Shown piece after piece: positions 44,405 to 54,674 of a stretch of DNA of 64,000 nt. How positions within the stretch are numbered: the first letter of the stretch is position 1; each line of letters begins with the position of its first letter. Source of the DNA: Rickettsia typhi (GTDB lineage Bacteria > Pseudomonadota > Alphaproteobacteria > Rickettsiales > Deianiraeaceae); the NCBI GenBank assembly GCA_945876965.1, contig CAMCQG010000001.1, positions 11,138 through 75,137 on the forward strand, read 5' to 3'. Below the pieces are notes generated by a model that saw nothing but the letters and a program-made list of their open reading frames with translations, was not told the origin of the DNA and ran no database searches. The position numbers were made by a program, and so were the translations under genes.

Positions 44405-45937
44405 TTAAATAACAGAGACTGTATGCCCCGCCCTATAACTTATTGCCTCCAATAAATGATGTTTTTCTATTGTCTCTGACACCTCCAAATCGGCAATTGT
44501 GCGGGCAAGTCGCAAAATTCGGGTATATCCTCGCATTGAAATACGATGCTTAACAATGCAATCTTGCATAATTTTTTTCATTTCATCGTTTTTTAATATA
44601 CAAAATTCTTCAACTAAACTGCCATTTAATTCGCTATTCAAATAAAATCCTAAATTTTCATATCTATCTTTTTGAATTTGCCTTGTTGCTATAATGTGCT
44701 TTAAAACTTCGCTACTTGTTTCTCGTTTTTTATTCTTCTCAATAAACAACATTGGATTAACATTTTCAACATCAATAATAACATCAATTCTGTCCATAAT
44801 AGGCCCCGAAACCTTGCCGTTATAATCGTTGACACAATGCGGAACTTTATTGCATTGCCTGCCAACATCGCCAGCATAACCGCATCTACAAGGATTCATA
44901 GCTGCAATAAATTGAAATTTTGCAGGATAAGTTATGTGCATTTCGGCACGGGCAATTGTTACAATTCCGGTTTCTAGTGGTTGACGCAATGCATCCAAAA
45001 CTCCTCGTTGAAACTCAGCAATTTCGTCAAAAAACAATACTCCACGATGTGCCAAAGTTATTTCTCCCGGTTTTGCATTTCGTCCTCCACCAACAATTGC
45101 AGCCATCGATGCCGAATGATGAGGTGCTCGGTATGGTCTTTTATTACTTAAAGTGCCTTCACCAAGCATTCCCGAAAGCGATTGAATAATCGCTGCATCA
45201 AGCATTTCTGCGCCATCTAACTCTGGCAATATTCCAATCAAAGCAGAAGCAAGCATTGATTTTCCAGTTCCGGGATGCCCTTTCATAAGCATATTATGTC
45301 CGCCTGCTGCCACAATTTTTAACGCCCTTTTTGCATCGTCTTGACCCTTAACCTCTGACAAACAATAGTGTTGTTTATCGCTAAATTTATCTTTAATTTG
45401 CAATGTTTCTGGTCTGCTAAGCAATTGCCTACCTCTTAAATGGTTTATCAAGCTAAGCAAATTTCCGGCAGCTACAATCTCTAAATCCTGACTTGCTAAT
45501 GCTGCTTCACGCCCATTTTCTTCGGGGCAAATAAGTATCATATCATTTGCATTCGCATGAATTGCGGCAGGCAACACTCCATTTACTTTGCCAATTTTTC
45601 CGTTCAAAAAAATCTCCCCCATTGCAATAACTCTATCTATGCTGCTTGGCAAAATAGTTTCCATTCCAGCTAAAATACCAAGTGTAATCGGCAAATCAAA
45701 ATGACTACCCTCTTTTAAAATATCCGCGGGTGCCAAATTTACTGTAATTCTTTTTGCCGGCATAGAAAGACCAATCGAATTTATAGCAACCCTAATTCTC
45801 TCCTTAGATTCGCTAACCGCCTTATCTGGCAAGCCAACAATAACCAAACCCGGATTACCATTCATAATACTAACTTGCACCGAGACTAAAACTGGATCTA
45901 AACCGTTAAATGCAATGCTGTTTATTTGCGAAATCAT
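44405..45937 (-). CDS. comM: Mg-chelatase-like ATPase ComM/YifB
   Basis: N-terminal Lon-protease-like domain, Walker A GHPGTGKSMLA, GVLFFDEIAEF, and the MNPCRCGY zinc motif. Confidence 0.9.
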   Translation of the reverse strand: MISQINSIAFNGLDPVLVSVQVSIMNGNPGLVIVGLPDKAVSESKERIRVAINSIGLSMPAKRITVNLAPADILKEGSHFDLPITLGILAGMETILPSSIDRVIAMGEIFLNGKIGKVNGVLPAAIHANANDMILICPEENGREAALASQDLEIVAAGNLLSLINHLRGRQLLSRPETLQIKDKFSDKQHYCLSEVKGQDDAKRALKIVAAGGHNMLMKGHPGTGKSMLASALIGILPELDGAEMLDAAIIQSLSGMLGEGTLSNKRPYRAPHHSASMAAIVGGGRNAKPGEITLAHRGVLFFDEIAEFQRGVLDALRQPLETGIVTIARAEMHITYPAKFQFIAAMNPCRCGYAGDVGRQCNKVPHCVNDYNGKVSGPIMDRIDVIIDVENVNPMLFIEKNKKRETSSEVLKHIIATRQIQKDRYENLGFYLNSELNGSLVEEFCILKNDEMKKIMQDCIVKHRISMRGYTRILRLARTIADLEVSETIEKHHLLEAISYRAGHTVSVI

Positions 45938-47499
45938 AAATTGAAAGCTAGTGGAATCGGAAATGATATATTTTTTTCGTTATCAAAATTATTTCTCCAA
46001 TATTGATTCGCATCCTCTAATTTCATATTTTTAATAACTTTTTTTAACTTATGAAATTGCCCTATTGCATAAATACCATTTTTAGGATCTTTTTTAACAG
46101 CATTATTTCTTTTACCATAACGATCCATAAAATTAATTCTTTCATTAACATTATAAAATCTTTCAATATCTTCGCAAATTATTGTAGATGCATTATCACG
46201 AGTGATTTTTTTAACATCTGCTGTAATTGATGGCAATATATATTTTTTTATGGCACCTTTCTCGCCCCCAATAAATCTATTCCAATATGTTGCAGTAGCA
46301 TTCGCATCATTGCCATTTCTACCAACATCTCTTTTTTGCCTATCTGCTAATGCCTGTTTTTCATCAACATCTAAAAAATATTGCTTATCAAAATAACACT
46401 CTAAATTTGAGTCTCGTAAAAACATCCCTTCTGCCACAACAACATCGCAATTAATTAAATCTTCTCTTGTTTTACCTAATGCTAATATTCCTGTTTTATA
46501 ATCATAATGCCTATTTTTAATTGCGTTACCCTTTTTTACAGCATCAATATCTGTAATAAATGCCTGCATATCAAATGCCTTAGGTGTATCATAATTTATT
46601 TCACCATCTTCTTCTTTTTTTTGATCGAATCTGTTTTTATAATAATCATCTTGTCTTATCACGCCAACTTTAAGGCCCATACTTTTTAGCTTTTCTATAT
46701 GCCCAATATCTGCAATAGCCAAACTTAATTGGCTATTTTCTAAATTAGTTTTGGTAGAGTCTGTTAGTATTGTTTTACCAGAGCCACTAATTCCCATGAT
46801 TGAAACCATAATTGGTTTTTTTGTTATCTTTTTTTTAGGTATCTGATCATAAACATTGCCTACAATATTATCCATATCTTTATATATATTGCTGTTATCT
46901 GAATTATCTTTTATAACAAAAACATTTTCATTTACAAATCCAGTTTGTTTATAAGCTGGATTAATAAAATTATTAATAGCGGGCACAACATCTCTGTTCC
47001 ATCTTTTTATAATATCTTCGGTCTTTTCTTCGCGATTCTTTTGATCTCTAACAATTCTTCTTTGCAAAGCTACGGCAGAATCTGAGTCAATAAAAAATAA
47101 TTTTTCAAATGGATTGGCAATATTTAAATGTTTTTTTGGATCTAAAAACATACCATCAACCAATACATAATCGTATTTTGATAAATCTGTTGTTTTTTCT
47201 GGCATTGCACCTTTGTGTGGACCAAATATATAGGCAGGCATACTAATTTGTTCACCATTTTTTACTTTTAACAAGTCATTGCTAAATTTCTTCATTTTAA
47301 ATCGTTCTGGCAAATCAAAATTAACATCTTCAATATTAGCAGCTTCTTTTTCTGTTTTTTCTTTAAAATAATCATCCTGAAACATAACCGCAACTTTATA
47401 TCCATCTCTTGCTAGCTTAAATGCAATATCTTGTGATGCAGAACTTTTACCAGACCCACTAATGCCGGCAATTCCTATTATTGAAGGTGCCATAAACAC
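45934..47499 (-). CDS. tandem uridine kinase/phosphoribulokinase-family (PRK/UK) P-loop kinase domains
   Basis: Two repeats of the family pattern. The first is IGIAGISGSGKSS...MFQDDYFK...NFDLPERF...RRIVRDQKNR. The second is VSIMGISGSGKT...IRQDDYYK...NYDTPKAF...DRQKRDVGRNG. Confidence 0.65.
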   Translation of the reverse strand: MFMAPSIIGIAGISGSGKSSASQDIAFKLARDGYKVAVMFQDDYFKEKTEKEAANIEDVNFDLPERFKMKKFSNDLLKVKNGEQISMPAYIFGPHKGAMPEKTTDLSKYDYVLVDGMFLDPKKHLNIANPFEKLFFIDSDSAVALQRRIVRDQKNREEKTEDIIKRWNRDVVPAINNFINPAYKQTGFVNENVFVIKDNSDNSNIYKDMDNIVGNVYDQIPKKKITKKPIMVSIMGISGSGKTILTDSTKTNLENSQLSLAIADIGHIEKLKSMGLKVGVIRQDDYYKNRFDQKKEEDGEINYDTPKAFDMQAFITDIDAVKKGNAIKNRHYDYKTGILALGKTREDLINCDVVVAEGMFLRDSNLECYFDKQYFLDVDEKQALADRQKRDVGRNGNDANATATYWNRFIGGEKGAIKKYILPSITADVKKITRDNASTIICEDIERFYNVNERINFMDRYGKRNNAVKKDPKNGIYAIGQFHKLKKVIKNMKLEDANQYWRNNFDNEKNISFPIPLAFNL

Positions 47500-47557
47500 A
47501 AAATAAATAACATAGACATATTTATTGTATTACTATTACGGCAAGAAGCAAATAATT

Positions 47558-48142
47558 TTAGTTAAAAAGTCTTTTATCTTTTAAGGTAAATAATTTATCA
47601 GGTATTTCTTGATTTATTTTAGTTCCTGTAAATAATATAGATATACGATAAGTTGTGTTTTCATTTTCAAATCTATCTATTCGTTGCAAAATAAATGTAT
47701 CATCGTGTTTAAAAGTAAAAACAAAAATACCTTCATCTTTTTTGCCTTTTTGATAAAATTTTATTTTATAAATATTGCCATCGACATCAAAATTTAAAAT
47801 TTCAAAATCATCAAAATTAATTTTTTCTTGCATCAAAATTGTGGCAGGGGTGGTGCTTGTTGGGACATGCGAAACTTCATCCAGTTCTTTATCATAATAA
47901 GTTATCATTTGTTTGCTGGCAACCATTATAATATCAGACTTTTTTGTTTTGTATTCAATCCTCATTTTGCCAGGTTTAGACAAATAAAACAGACCATTTG
48001 CGTTGTCATTTTTTGAATCAATTTGCAAAATTTTAGCCTCCATAGTTTTGATATTATTAAGGCTTGCTTCAATTTGTTTTATTTGCTCATTAGCTAAACA
48101 AATATTGGCACAAAAAAATAATATAAATACTACCCTAATCAT
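47558..48142 (-). CDS. lolA: outer-membrane lipoprotein carrier LolA-like
   Basis: Signal peptide MIRVVFILFFCANICLA from the internal start. GLFYLSKPGKMRIEY...MITYYDKELDEVSHVP resembles LolA. The start choice is uncertain (the track ORF extends to 48220). Confidence 0.6.
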   Translation of the reverse strand: MIRVVFILFFCANICLANEQIKQIEASLNNIKTMEAKILQIDSKNDNANGLFYLSKPGKMRIEYKTKKSDIIMVASKQMITYYDKELDEVSHVPTSTTPATILMQEKINFDDFEILNFDVDGNIYKIKFYQKGKKDEGIFVFTFKHDDTFILQRIDRFENENTTYRISILFTGTKINQEIPDKLFTLKDKRLFN

Positions 48143-48446
48143 CAATTGGAACAACATTAACTGGCGCTTTTTCTTCGGTTGCAACGCTTTCAACAATAGA
48201 AGGCTTATTATTGTTTGCAATTATTCTATTATTTACAACCCAAAGCATCAATATATTGCTAATAAAAAATACTGCTAATCCGCCAGTTATTTTATTTTTA
48301 AACGAATCAACACTACCTGGCGCAAAATGACTGTTGCCGTTAGAAAGCAAGCCACTGTTTGAGGTTTGTTGCATCAAGACCATAGCCACCAAAAGCAGAG
48401 CACTTATAACCGATGTTGCTATTAAAATTGAATAAAATGTAGACAT
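48135..48446 (-). CDS. secG: preprotein translocase subunit SecG
   Basis: 103 aa with two TM helices. LLLVAMVLMQQTSNSGL is typical of SecG. Confidence 0.8.
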   Translation of the reverse strand: MSTFYSILIATSVISALLLVAMVLMQQTSNSGLLSNGNSHFAPGSVDSFKNKITGGLAVFFISNILMLWVVNNRIIANNNKPSIVESVATEEKAPVNVVPIDD

Positions 48447-48456
48447 AAAAATTAAA

Positions 48457-48783
48457 TTAATGTTTTAAAATAAATGGTAAAATCCCAATTAATGTTGCTA
48501 TGATAAAAACAGACATTCCTCCAACAGAAAGATACATTTTTATTAATATATCAGATTTTAATGTTTGCATTTCAAGTAGTATTTCTTGTTTTAACAACAA
48601 CACATCGTGTTTTGTAGAAAGTTCATCTTTGGCTTTGTCAAATTTTTCTTCAATAATTTGAGAGGATTCGTGTTTGACGGTTGCAAAGGTTTTTACTAAA
48701 ATCTCAGCTTTTTCCTCATCTGTTTTGCAATTTATAAACGCTTTTACAAATTCATGAGTATCAAATGTATAACCAGCTTGCAT
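48457..48783 (-). CDS. DUF1640-family coiled-coil protein with a C-terminal TM helix
   Basis: From the internal ATG: MQAGYTFDTHEFVKAF...KAEILVKTF...LKSDILIKMYLSVGGMSVFIIATLIGILPFI. The longer track ORF would overlap coq7. Confidence 0.55.
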   Translation of the reverse strand: MQAGYTFDTHEFVKAFINCKTDEEKAEILVKTFATVKHESSQIIEEKFDKAKDELSTKHDVLLLKQEILLEMQTLKSDILIKMYLSVGGMSVFIIATLIGILPFILKH

Positions 48784-48829
48784 ATAAAAAATAATCATTT
48801 TATTATAAACATAAATATAAATAAATAAA

Positions 48830-49360
48830 ATGCAAGCTTTTATGAACAGCAAAATTGACCAAATTATTAGAGTGAATCATGCGGGCGAACAAGGGGCAGT
48901 AAATATTTACAAAACACAAAATAAAATTGCAAAAAACGAGCAAACAAAACAACATTTGTCTAAATCGTTAGCCGAAGAAACTACTCATTTATCATATTTT
49001 GAACAACAAATTATCTCACGCAAAATAAGGCCAACAGCTCTTAGCCCAATTTGGCATTTGGGGGCTTGTTTAATCGGCGGAATATCAGCAATTATGGGAG
49101 ACAAAGCAATCTTGGTTGCAACCGAGGCGGTAGAAGAAGTGATAACCGCACATTACAAAGAGCAAATCGATGATTTAAAAAAACATTATCCGCAAGAAAC
49201 AGAACTTTTAACAACCATTGAACAATTTTGCCAGCAAGAGCAAAATCACAAAGACGAGGCGATACAAATGGGTTCAAAAGACATGATAGGTTATCCTGTT
49301 TTTTATGCAATAGTTAAAAACCTAACAAAATTCGCAGTAAATACGGCTAAAAAAATATAA
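48830..49360 (+). CDS. coq7: demethoxyubiquinone hydroxylase COQ7 (di-iron)
   Basis: RVNHAGEQGAVNIY, EETTHL and EQNHKDEA are the ExxH di-iron motifs of the COQ7 family. Confidence 0.85.
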   Translation: MQAFMNSKIDQIIRVNHAGEQGAVNIYKTQNKIAKNEQTKQHLSKSLAEETTHLSYFEQQIISRKIRPTALSPIWHLGACLIGGISAIMGDKAILVATEAVEEVITAHYKEQIDDLKKHYPQETELLTTIEQFCQQEQNHKDEAIQMGSKDMIGYPVFYAIVKNLTKFAVNTAKKI

Positions 49361-49416
49361 ATACTTGTTGCAATTATCTTTTTTATATATATTATAAATT
49401 AATTAATACCTGTTCT

Positions 49417-51735
49417 ATGTTAAAAAATATACAACCAAGCCATACTCATAGCGAAAAATGTACCGAGGGTTGCACAGCTGATATAAGTATCCCAAAAAAA
49501 ACAATAAGTAATGACACAATAGTTAGCTATGTTAAAGGCAACAATGCTTGCCAGCATAATATTATATCGTTACTAGAAAATAAACAAAATGATGAAGGTG
49601 AATTAAAAAGATTCTTTAATGGATTCGAACCCCCGCCACCACCGTGTGATAGCAAAACAAAAAACAATTCATTTATGCTCGAAAAGGATTTTTTGACAAA
49701 AATTGAAACGACAAAAAGTTTAAGTGCTTTGGCAAAACTTATTGTTGAGGCCGAGATTGACTGCCAAGCTGAACTATTTATGATTAAAGGCAAACAACAT
49801 AATAAAATAAATCTATGGTCTAATGTTAAAAATATGGCAATAAAAATAAGTCAAACAATGATTATTCCTACTGTTGAAAAACAAGCTTTACCTGATTTAA
49901 ATGATTTAAGTAGCTCAATAAAAAAACAAACATCACTAGAAGATTTGCAAACAAAACTAAATAATAATAAAATAAAGCATTCAGGCATTAAAGATATTTT
50001 GACAACAGATATGTTGCCAACAATAGATACTAGTGGTAAAATAAATTTAACCGAAGGGTTGCCTGAAACAGAAAAAAAAGAATTAGAGAAAAAAATAACT
50101 GAATACAAAAATAATACAGAGCCAAAACAAGATACTGGTTTGTTTATGGCAATTCTTGAATGGTTCAAAAACATAATAAATACATTGCTTGGCAGGGTTG
50201 GTATATTGGAAGAAGAAATGGAAAAACAGAAAAAAAACACAAATGATAATAAAACAGAACTTGAAAAACAGCAAAAAAAATTAACAGACCTTGAAACAAA
50301 GATAAAAACAATACCCGCAGGACCCAAAGAAGAGAATGGACAGGATGGAGCCCAAGGGGAGAGAGGACAGGATGGGCATGATGGAGAAGCAGGGAAGGAT
50401 GGAGTCCAAGGAGTCAAAGGAGAGAAAGGAAAGGATGCAACAAATCTTTATATATCTCAGTATGAATTAGATAAAAGATATGTAAAGAAAGCAGATTTTA
50501 TAAAGCACACAACACAATATCAAAACGATCAAGATGCAATAAAAATACGATTAGATAAACTTGCAGATGAACAAAAACAATTAGAAAGATTGAAAGAATA
50601 TTTTAGTGATAGCAGTAATATAGCAGAATTTTTTAATAATGAGACTTTTAAAAAGATATTTACTGACAATAAAACTGATAACAGTGTAATTAAAAATTTA
50701 GAAGCAAGAATAGTATTTTTAGAAAAAAAAACACCAGTAGTCCCCGCCACCACAGCTACTAACTCTCCATCGCCAGTCCAACCATATATAAAAGATGAAA
50801 CAGAATTTATTGCAGCCTTAGTAAAAGTTCTTAACAAAAATATAGATAAAGATGGCAAAATAGCTGATGAATTAAAAAAAATATTTGTTACAAAAAAAGA
50901 TTTTGAAGCAATACAAGTCACACACAATGAAAAAATTGAACAATTAGAAACAGAATATAATACAAAAGTTGAAAAATTAAATGCACAATATACTCAATTA
51001 ACAACTAGAATTGATGCGATAGATACTAACCTGAAAGACATTGTAACAAAAACAGAGTTTAGTAATGATAAAAAAATACAAGATGATAAAATTATTGCCT
51101 TGGAAAAAGAAATTATCGCAATACAAACAGCATTGAAAACAAAAGATGCAACAAATGATAATGATATTGTTAAATTAAATGATAGAATTAAAATAATAGA
51201 AGACCAATTAACAAAAGAGCGGACACAGCTTGTAACAAACACAAAATTATATGAAAAAATTTCTTCTTTTGAAGCTAAAAAGGAAGAATTGATAACAGAA
51301 ATTAAAACAATAACAACACAATATAATGAAATCACGAAAAGCTTTGATATGAGAAAATATGTTTTGAATGAAGCATTTGAAAAAGATCAGGCAAGGCAAG
51401 ATAAGGAAATCAAGAGTATGCAGAATAAATTGAATGAAAAAATTAGTAGTATACCTAAACACGAACAAACAATACCTGTTCACAGACAAATAATAAGTTT
51501 AAAAAATACTAAGGGAGAAGTTAGTAAGCAGTATGAACATAACGTAACTGGTAATCCGCTACCAAAAAAACCAGATGGCTCTCATACATATCTTACTCAT
51601 TGGAACCACTTCCCCAAACAAAGTGGTATTGGTAAAAAATTTACGCTTAATAATGCTACAATCCATAAAATAGAAAAGGCGCGAGGTAAGATTACTCTTG
51701 GGGGTAAAAATGAAGTGACCAGTTGCAAAATATAA
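49417..51735 (+). CDS. large coiled-coil protein with a collagen-like GXY segment
   Basis: 772-aa ORF with a PPPPP stretch near residue 70, long heptad-like K/E-rich regions and 11 uninterrupted Gly-X-Y triplets. Confidence 0.6.
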   Translation: MLKNIQPSHTHSEKCTEGCTADISIPKKTISNDTIVSYVKGNNACQHNIISLLENKQNDEGELKRFFNGFEPPPPPCDSKTKNNSFMLEKDFLTKIETTKSLSALAKLIVEAEIDCQAELFMIKGKQHNKINLWSNVKNMAIKISQTMIIPTVEKQALPDLNDLSSSIKKQTSLEDLQTKLNNNKIKHSGIKDILTTDMLPTIDTSGKINLTEGLPETEKKELEKKITEYKNNTEPKQDTGLFMAILEWFKNIINTLLGRVGILEEEMEKQKKNTNDNKTELEKQQKKLTDLETKIKTIPAGPKEENGQDGAQGERGQDGHDGEAGKDGVQGVKGEKGKDATNLYISQYELDKRYVKKADFIKHTTQYQNDQDAIKIRLDKLADEQKQLERLKEYFSDSSNIAEFFNNETFKKIFTDNKTDNSVIKNLEARIVFLEKKTPVVPATTATNSPSPVQPYIKDETEFIAALVKVLNKNIDKDGKIADELKKIFVTKKDFEAIQVTHNEKIEQLETEYNTKVEKLNAQYTQLTTRIDAIDTNLKDIVTKTEFSNDKKIQDDKIIALEKEIIAIQTALKTKDATNDNDIVKLNDRIKIIEDQLTKERTQLVTNTKLYEKISSFEAKKEELITEIKTITTQYNEITKSFDMRKYVLNEAFEKDQARQDKEIKSMQNKLNEKISSIPKHEQTIPVHRQIISLKNTKGEVSKQYEHNVTGNPLPKKPDGSHTYLTHWNHFPKQSGIGKKFTLNNATIHKIEKARGKITLGGKNEVTSCKI
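50338..50436 (+). repeat. collagen-like triplet repeat (11 x Gly-X-Y) inside the 49417-51735 CDS
   Basis: GQD GAQ GER GQD GHD GEA GKD GVQ GVK GEK GKD, read in frame. This is a locally GC-richer patch. Confidence 0.85.
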
Positions 51736-51833
51736 TTAAATATCAGATTATATATTCAAAAAATAAGTTTCTTTTTATATTGAATATTAACAAAAGTGGA
51801 TTAAATAATAAAAAATACATTAAAAAATAGTAT

Positions 51834-53321
51834 ATGAACATATTAAACTCAACAAAAGAATCTGTCAATTCAACGCCAATCACGGTTGCATATGGTGATG
51901 GAATTGGGCCCGAAATTATGGAGGCAACGCTGGATATTTTGCGTCATGCTGGGGCAAAACTAAAAATTGAAACGGCAGAAATTGGCGAGGCGTATTATTA
52001 TAAAGGTTATAGTTCGGGAATTTCAGATGAAGCATTTGCTACTATAAAAAAGAATAAAGTTTTTTTAAAAGCACCAATCACAACCCCGCAGGGCGGAGGA
52101 TACAAAAGTTTAAATGTTACAATCCGTAGGGCATTAGGGCTTTATGCAAATGTTAGACCTTGCATGGATCTTGATCCGTTTGTGCCATGCAAACACAAAA
52201 TTAATATGATTATTGTTCGCGAAAACGAGGAGGATTTATATTCTGGAATGGAATATCGTCAAACTCATAATTCGGTTCATGCAATCAAAACAATCACCCG
52301 CACAGGTTGCCAAAAAATCGTGCGATATGCCTTTGAATATGCGGTTAAAAACAGTCGCAAAAAGGTTACTTGCATGACAAAAGATAATATTATGAAAATG
52401 ACAGACGGTTTGTTTCACACGGTTTTTAACGAAATTGCCGCAGAATATCCGCAAATAGAAACCGAGCATTATATTATAGATATTGGCTCGGCAAGATTGG
52501 CAACCGTGCCAGACCATTTTGATGTTGTTGTGACCCTAAATTTATATGGCGATGTTATATCGGATATTGTTGCCGAAATGACAGGCTCGGTGGGTCTAGC
52601 AGGCAGCAGTAATATTGGAACTGATTATGCAATGTTTGAAGCAATTCATGGGTCAGCACCTATGCTTATTGGGCAAAATCGTGCAAACCCAAGCGGGCTT
52701 TTAAATGCCGCAATAATGATGCTAGTTCATATAGGGCAAGGATGGGTTGCAAATAGAGTGCAAAATGCGTTGCTATATACACTCGAAGCTGGGTATCATA
52801 CGCCAGATATTGCAAAACACAACCCAACAACAGTTGAGCAACTTGGCACCAAAGAATTTGCTGCAAAAGTTATAGAAAATTTAGGCAAAATACCATCGGA
52901 ATTACCCGTTGCTCCGCATTATCCAGATTTTGATTTTGGCGACGGATATGTTGAACAAAAAGATTTTGTTGTTGCAAATATTTATTCAAAAGCAGATCGC
53001 AAATTGGTTGGCGTAGATATTTTTGCAAATTTTATAGGCAACGGTGATGAGTTTAGCAAGCTTGCTATACAAATTGCAAACGATAAATTCAAACTACATG
53101 TTATATCATTTAATGGCATGAAAATTTATCCAAATGGCAATGCAGGGCAATTTGCTGGCGACACATGGAGATGTCGGTTCATGGCAAACGAAACTACTCA
53201 AAATGCCGATATTATTGAATTGTTAAAATCTGTTGCAACAGCAAATATTGATTGCATAAAAACCGAGAATTTATATTCATTTGATGGTAAAAATGATTTT
53301 ACTTTGTCGCAAGGGGAATAG
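51834..53321 (+). CDS. icd: isocitrate dehydrogenase (homodimeric type with a C-terminal extension)
   Basis: ITVAYGDGIGPEIM, SLNVTIRRALGLYANVRPC, IVRENEEDLYSG, NLYGDVISD and HGSAP are isocitrate/isopropylmalate dehydrogenase family blocks. Confidence 0.9.
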   Translation: MNILNSTKESVNSTPITVAYGDGIGPEIMEATLDILRHAGAKLKIETAEIGEAYYYKGYSSGISDEAFATIKKNKVFLKAPITTPQGGGYKSLNVTIRRALGLYANVRPCMDLDPFVPCKHKINMIIVRENEEDLYSGMEYRQTHNSVHAIKTITRTGCQKIVRYAFEYAVKNSRKKVTCMTKDNIMKMTDGLFHTVFNEIAAEYPQIETEHYIIDIGSARLATVPDHFDVVVTLNLYGDVISDIVAEMTGSVGLAGSSNIGTDYAMFEAIHGSAPMLIGQNRANPSGLLNAAIMMLVHIGQGWVANRVQNALLYTLEAGYHTPDIAKHNPTTVEQLGTKEFAAKVIENLGKIPSELPVAPHYPDFDFGDGYVEQKDFVVANIYSKADRKLVGVDIFANFIGNGDEFSKLAIQIANDKFKLHVISFNGMKIYPNGNAGQFAGDTWRCRFMANETTQNADIIELLKSVATANIDCIKTENLYSFDGKNDFTLSQGE

Positions 53322-53379
53322 TTTGTTGCTTTGCATTTTTTATGCAATAATGGGATTAAAGATATTTTTAATATAATAA

Positions 53380-53721
53380 TTATTTACCACCAATACCTGT
53401 TCCTACACTTGTATCCATACCTTTTGTATTTCCGGCAACATCTCCAATTGAAGGGGCAGTTGACCCTATATTTATTTGAGGTACAGCTTTAATATCGCAT
53501 CCAGTAAGATTTGTCATACCTTTATCTAATGCATCCACAATATTACCGCCAAGACCTGCACCAGGCAATTCTAGAATTTGTTTATTTCCAATACCCAAAT
53601 CTCCACTCTCAAGACCCATATTATTTTGCACACCTGATAATAAAGGTGGAGAATCGCTACCCAACGGAGGCACTTGTGGATTTGATGTTGCAAATGCTCT
53701 TCTTAAATCCTCTGAGTTCAT
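53380..53721 (-). CDS. small Gly-rich hypothetical protein
   Basis: 113-aa ORF that begins 1 nt after the mdh stop on the same strand. No motif recognised. Confidence 0.3.
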   Translation of the reverse strand: MNSEDLRRAFATSNPQVPPLGSDSPPLLSGVQNNMGLESGDLGIGNKQILELPGAGLGGNIVDALDKGMTNLTGCDIKAVPQINIGSTAPSIGDVAGNTKGMDTSVGTGIGGK

Positions 53722-53722
53722 T

Positions 53723-54670
<948 letters not shown>

Positions 54671-54674
54671 TTAT

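Noticed and set aside
49851-50417. A 188-aa Pro/Ser/Cys-rich ORF lies antisense to the collagen-like region.
   Set aside because: It is a complement-strand artefact of the GXY (GGN-rich) repeat and the K/E-rich sense strand. The sense ORF is 772 aa and continuous.
53322-53379. A hairpin (TTGCAT-TTTTT-ATGCAA) after icd as a rho-independent terminator.
   Set aside because: It has only a 6-bp AT-rich stem with no clear U-tract context. Such palindromes are frequent by chance in this composition.
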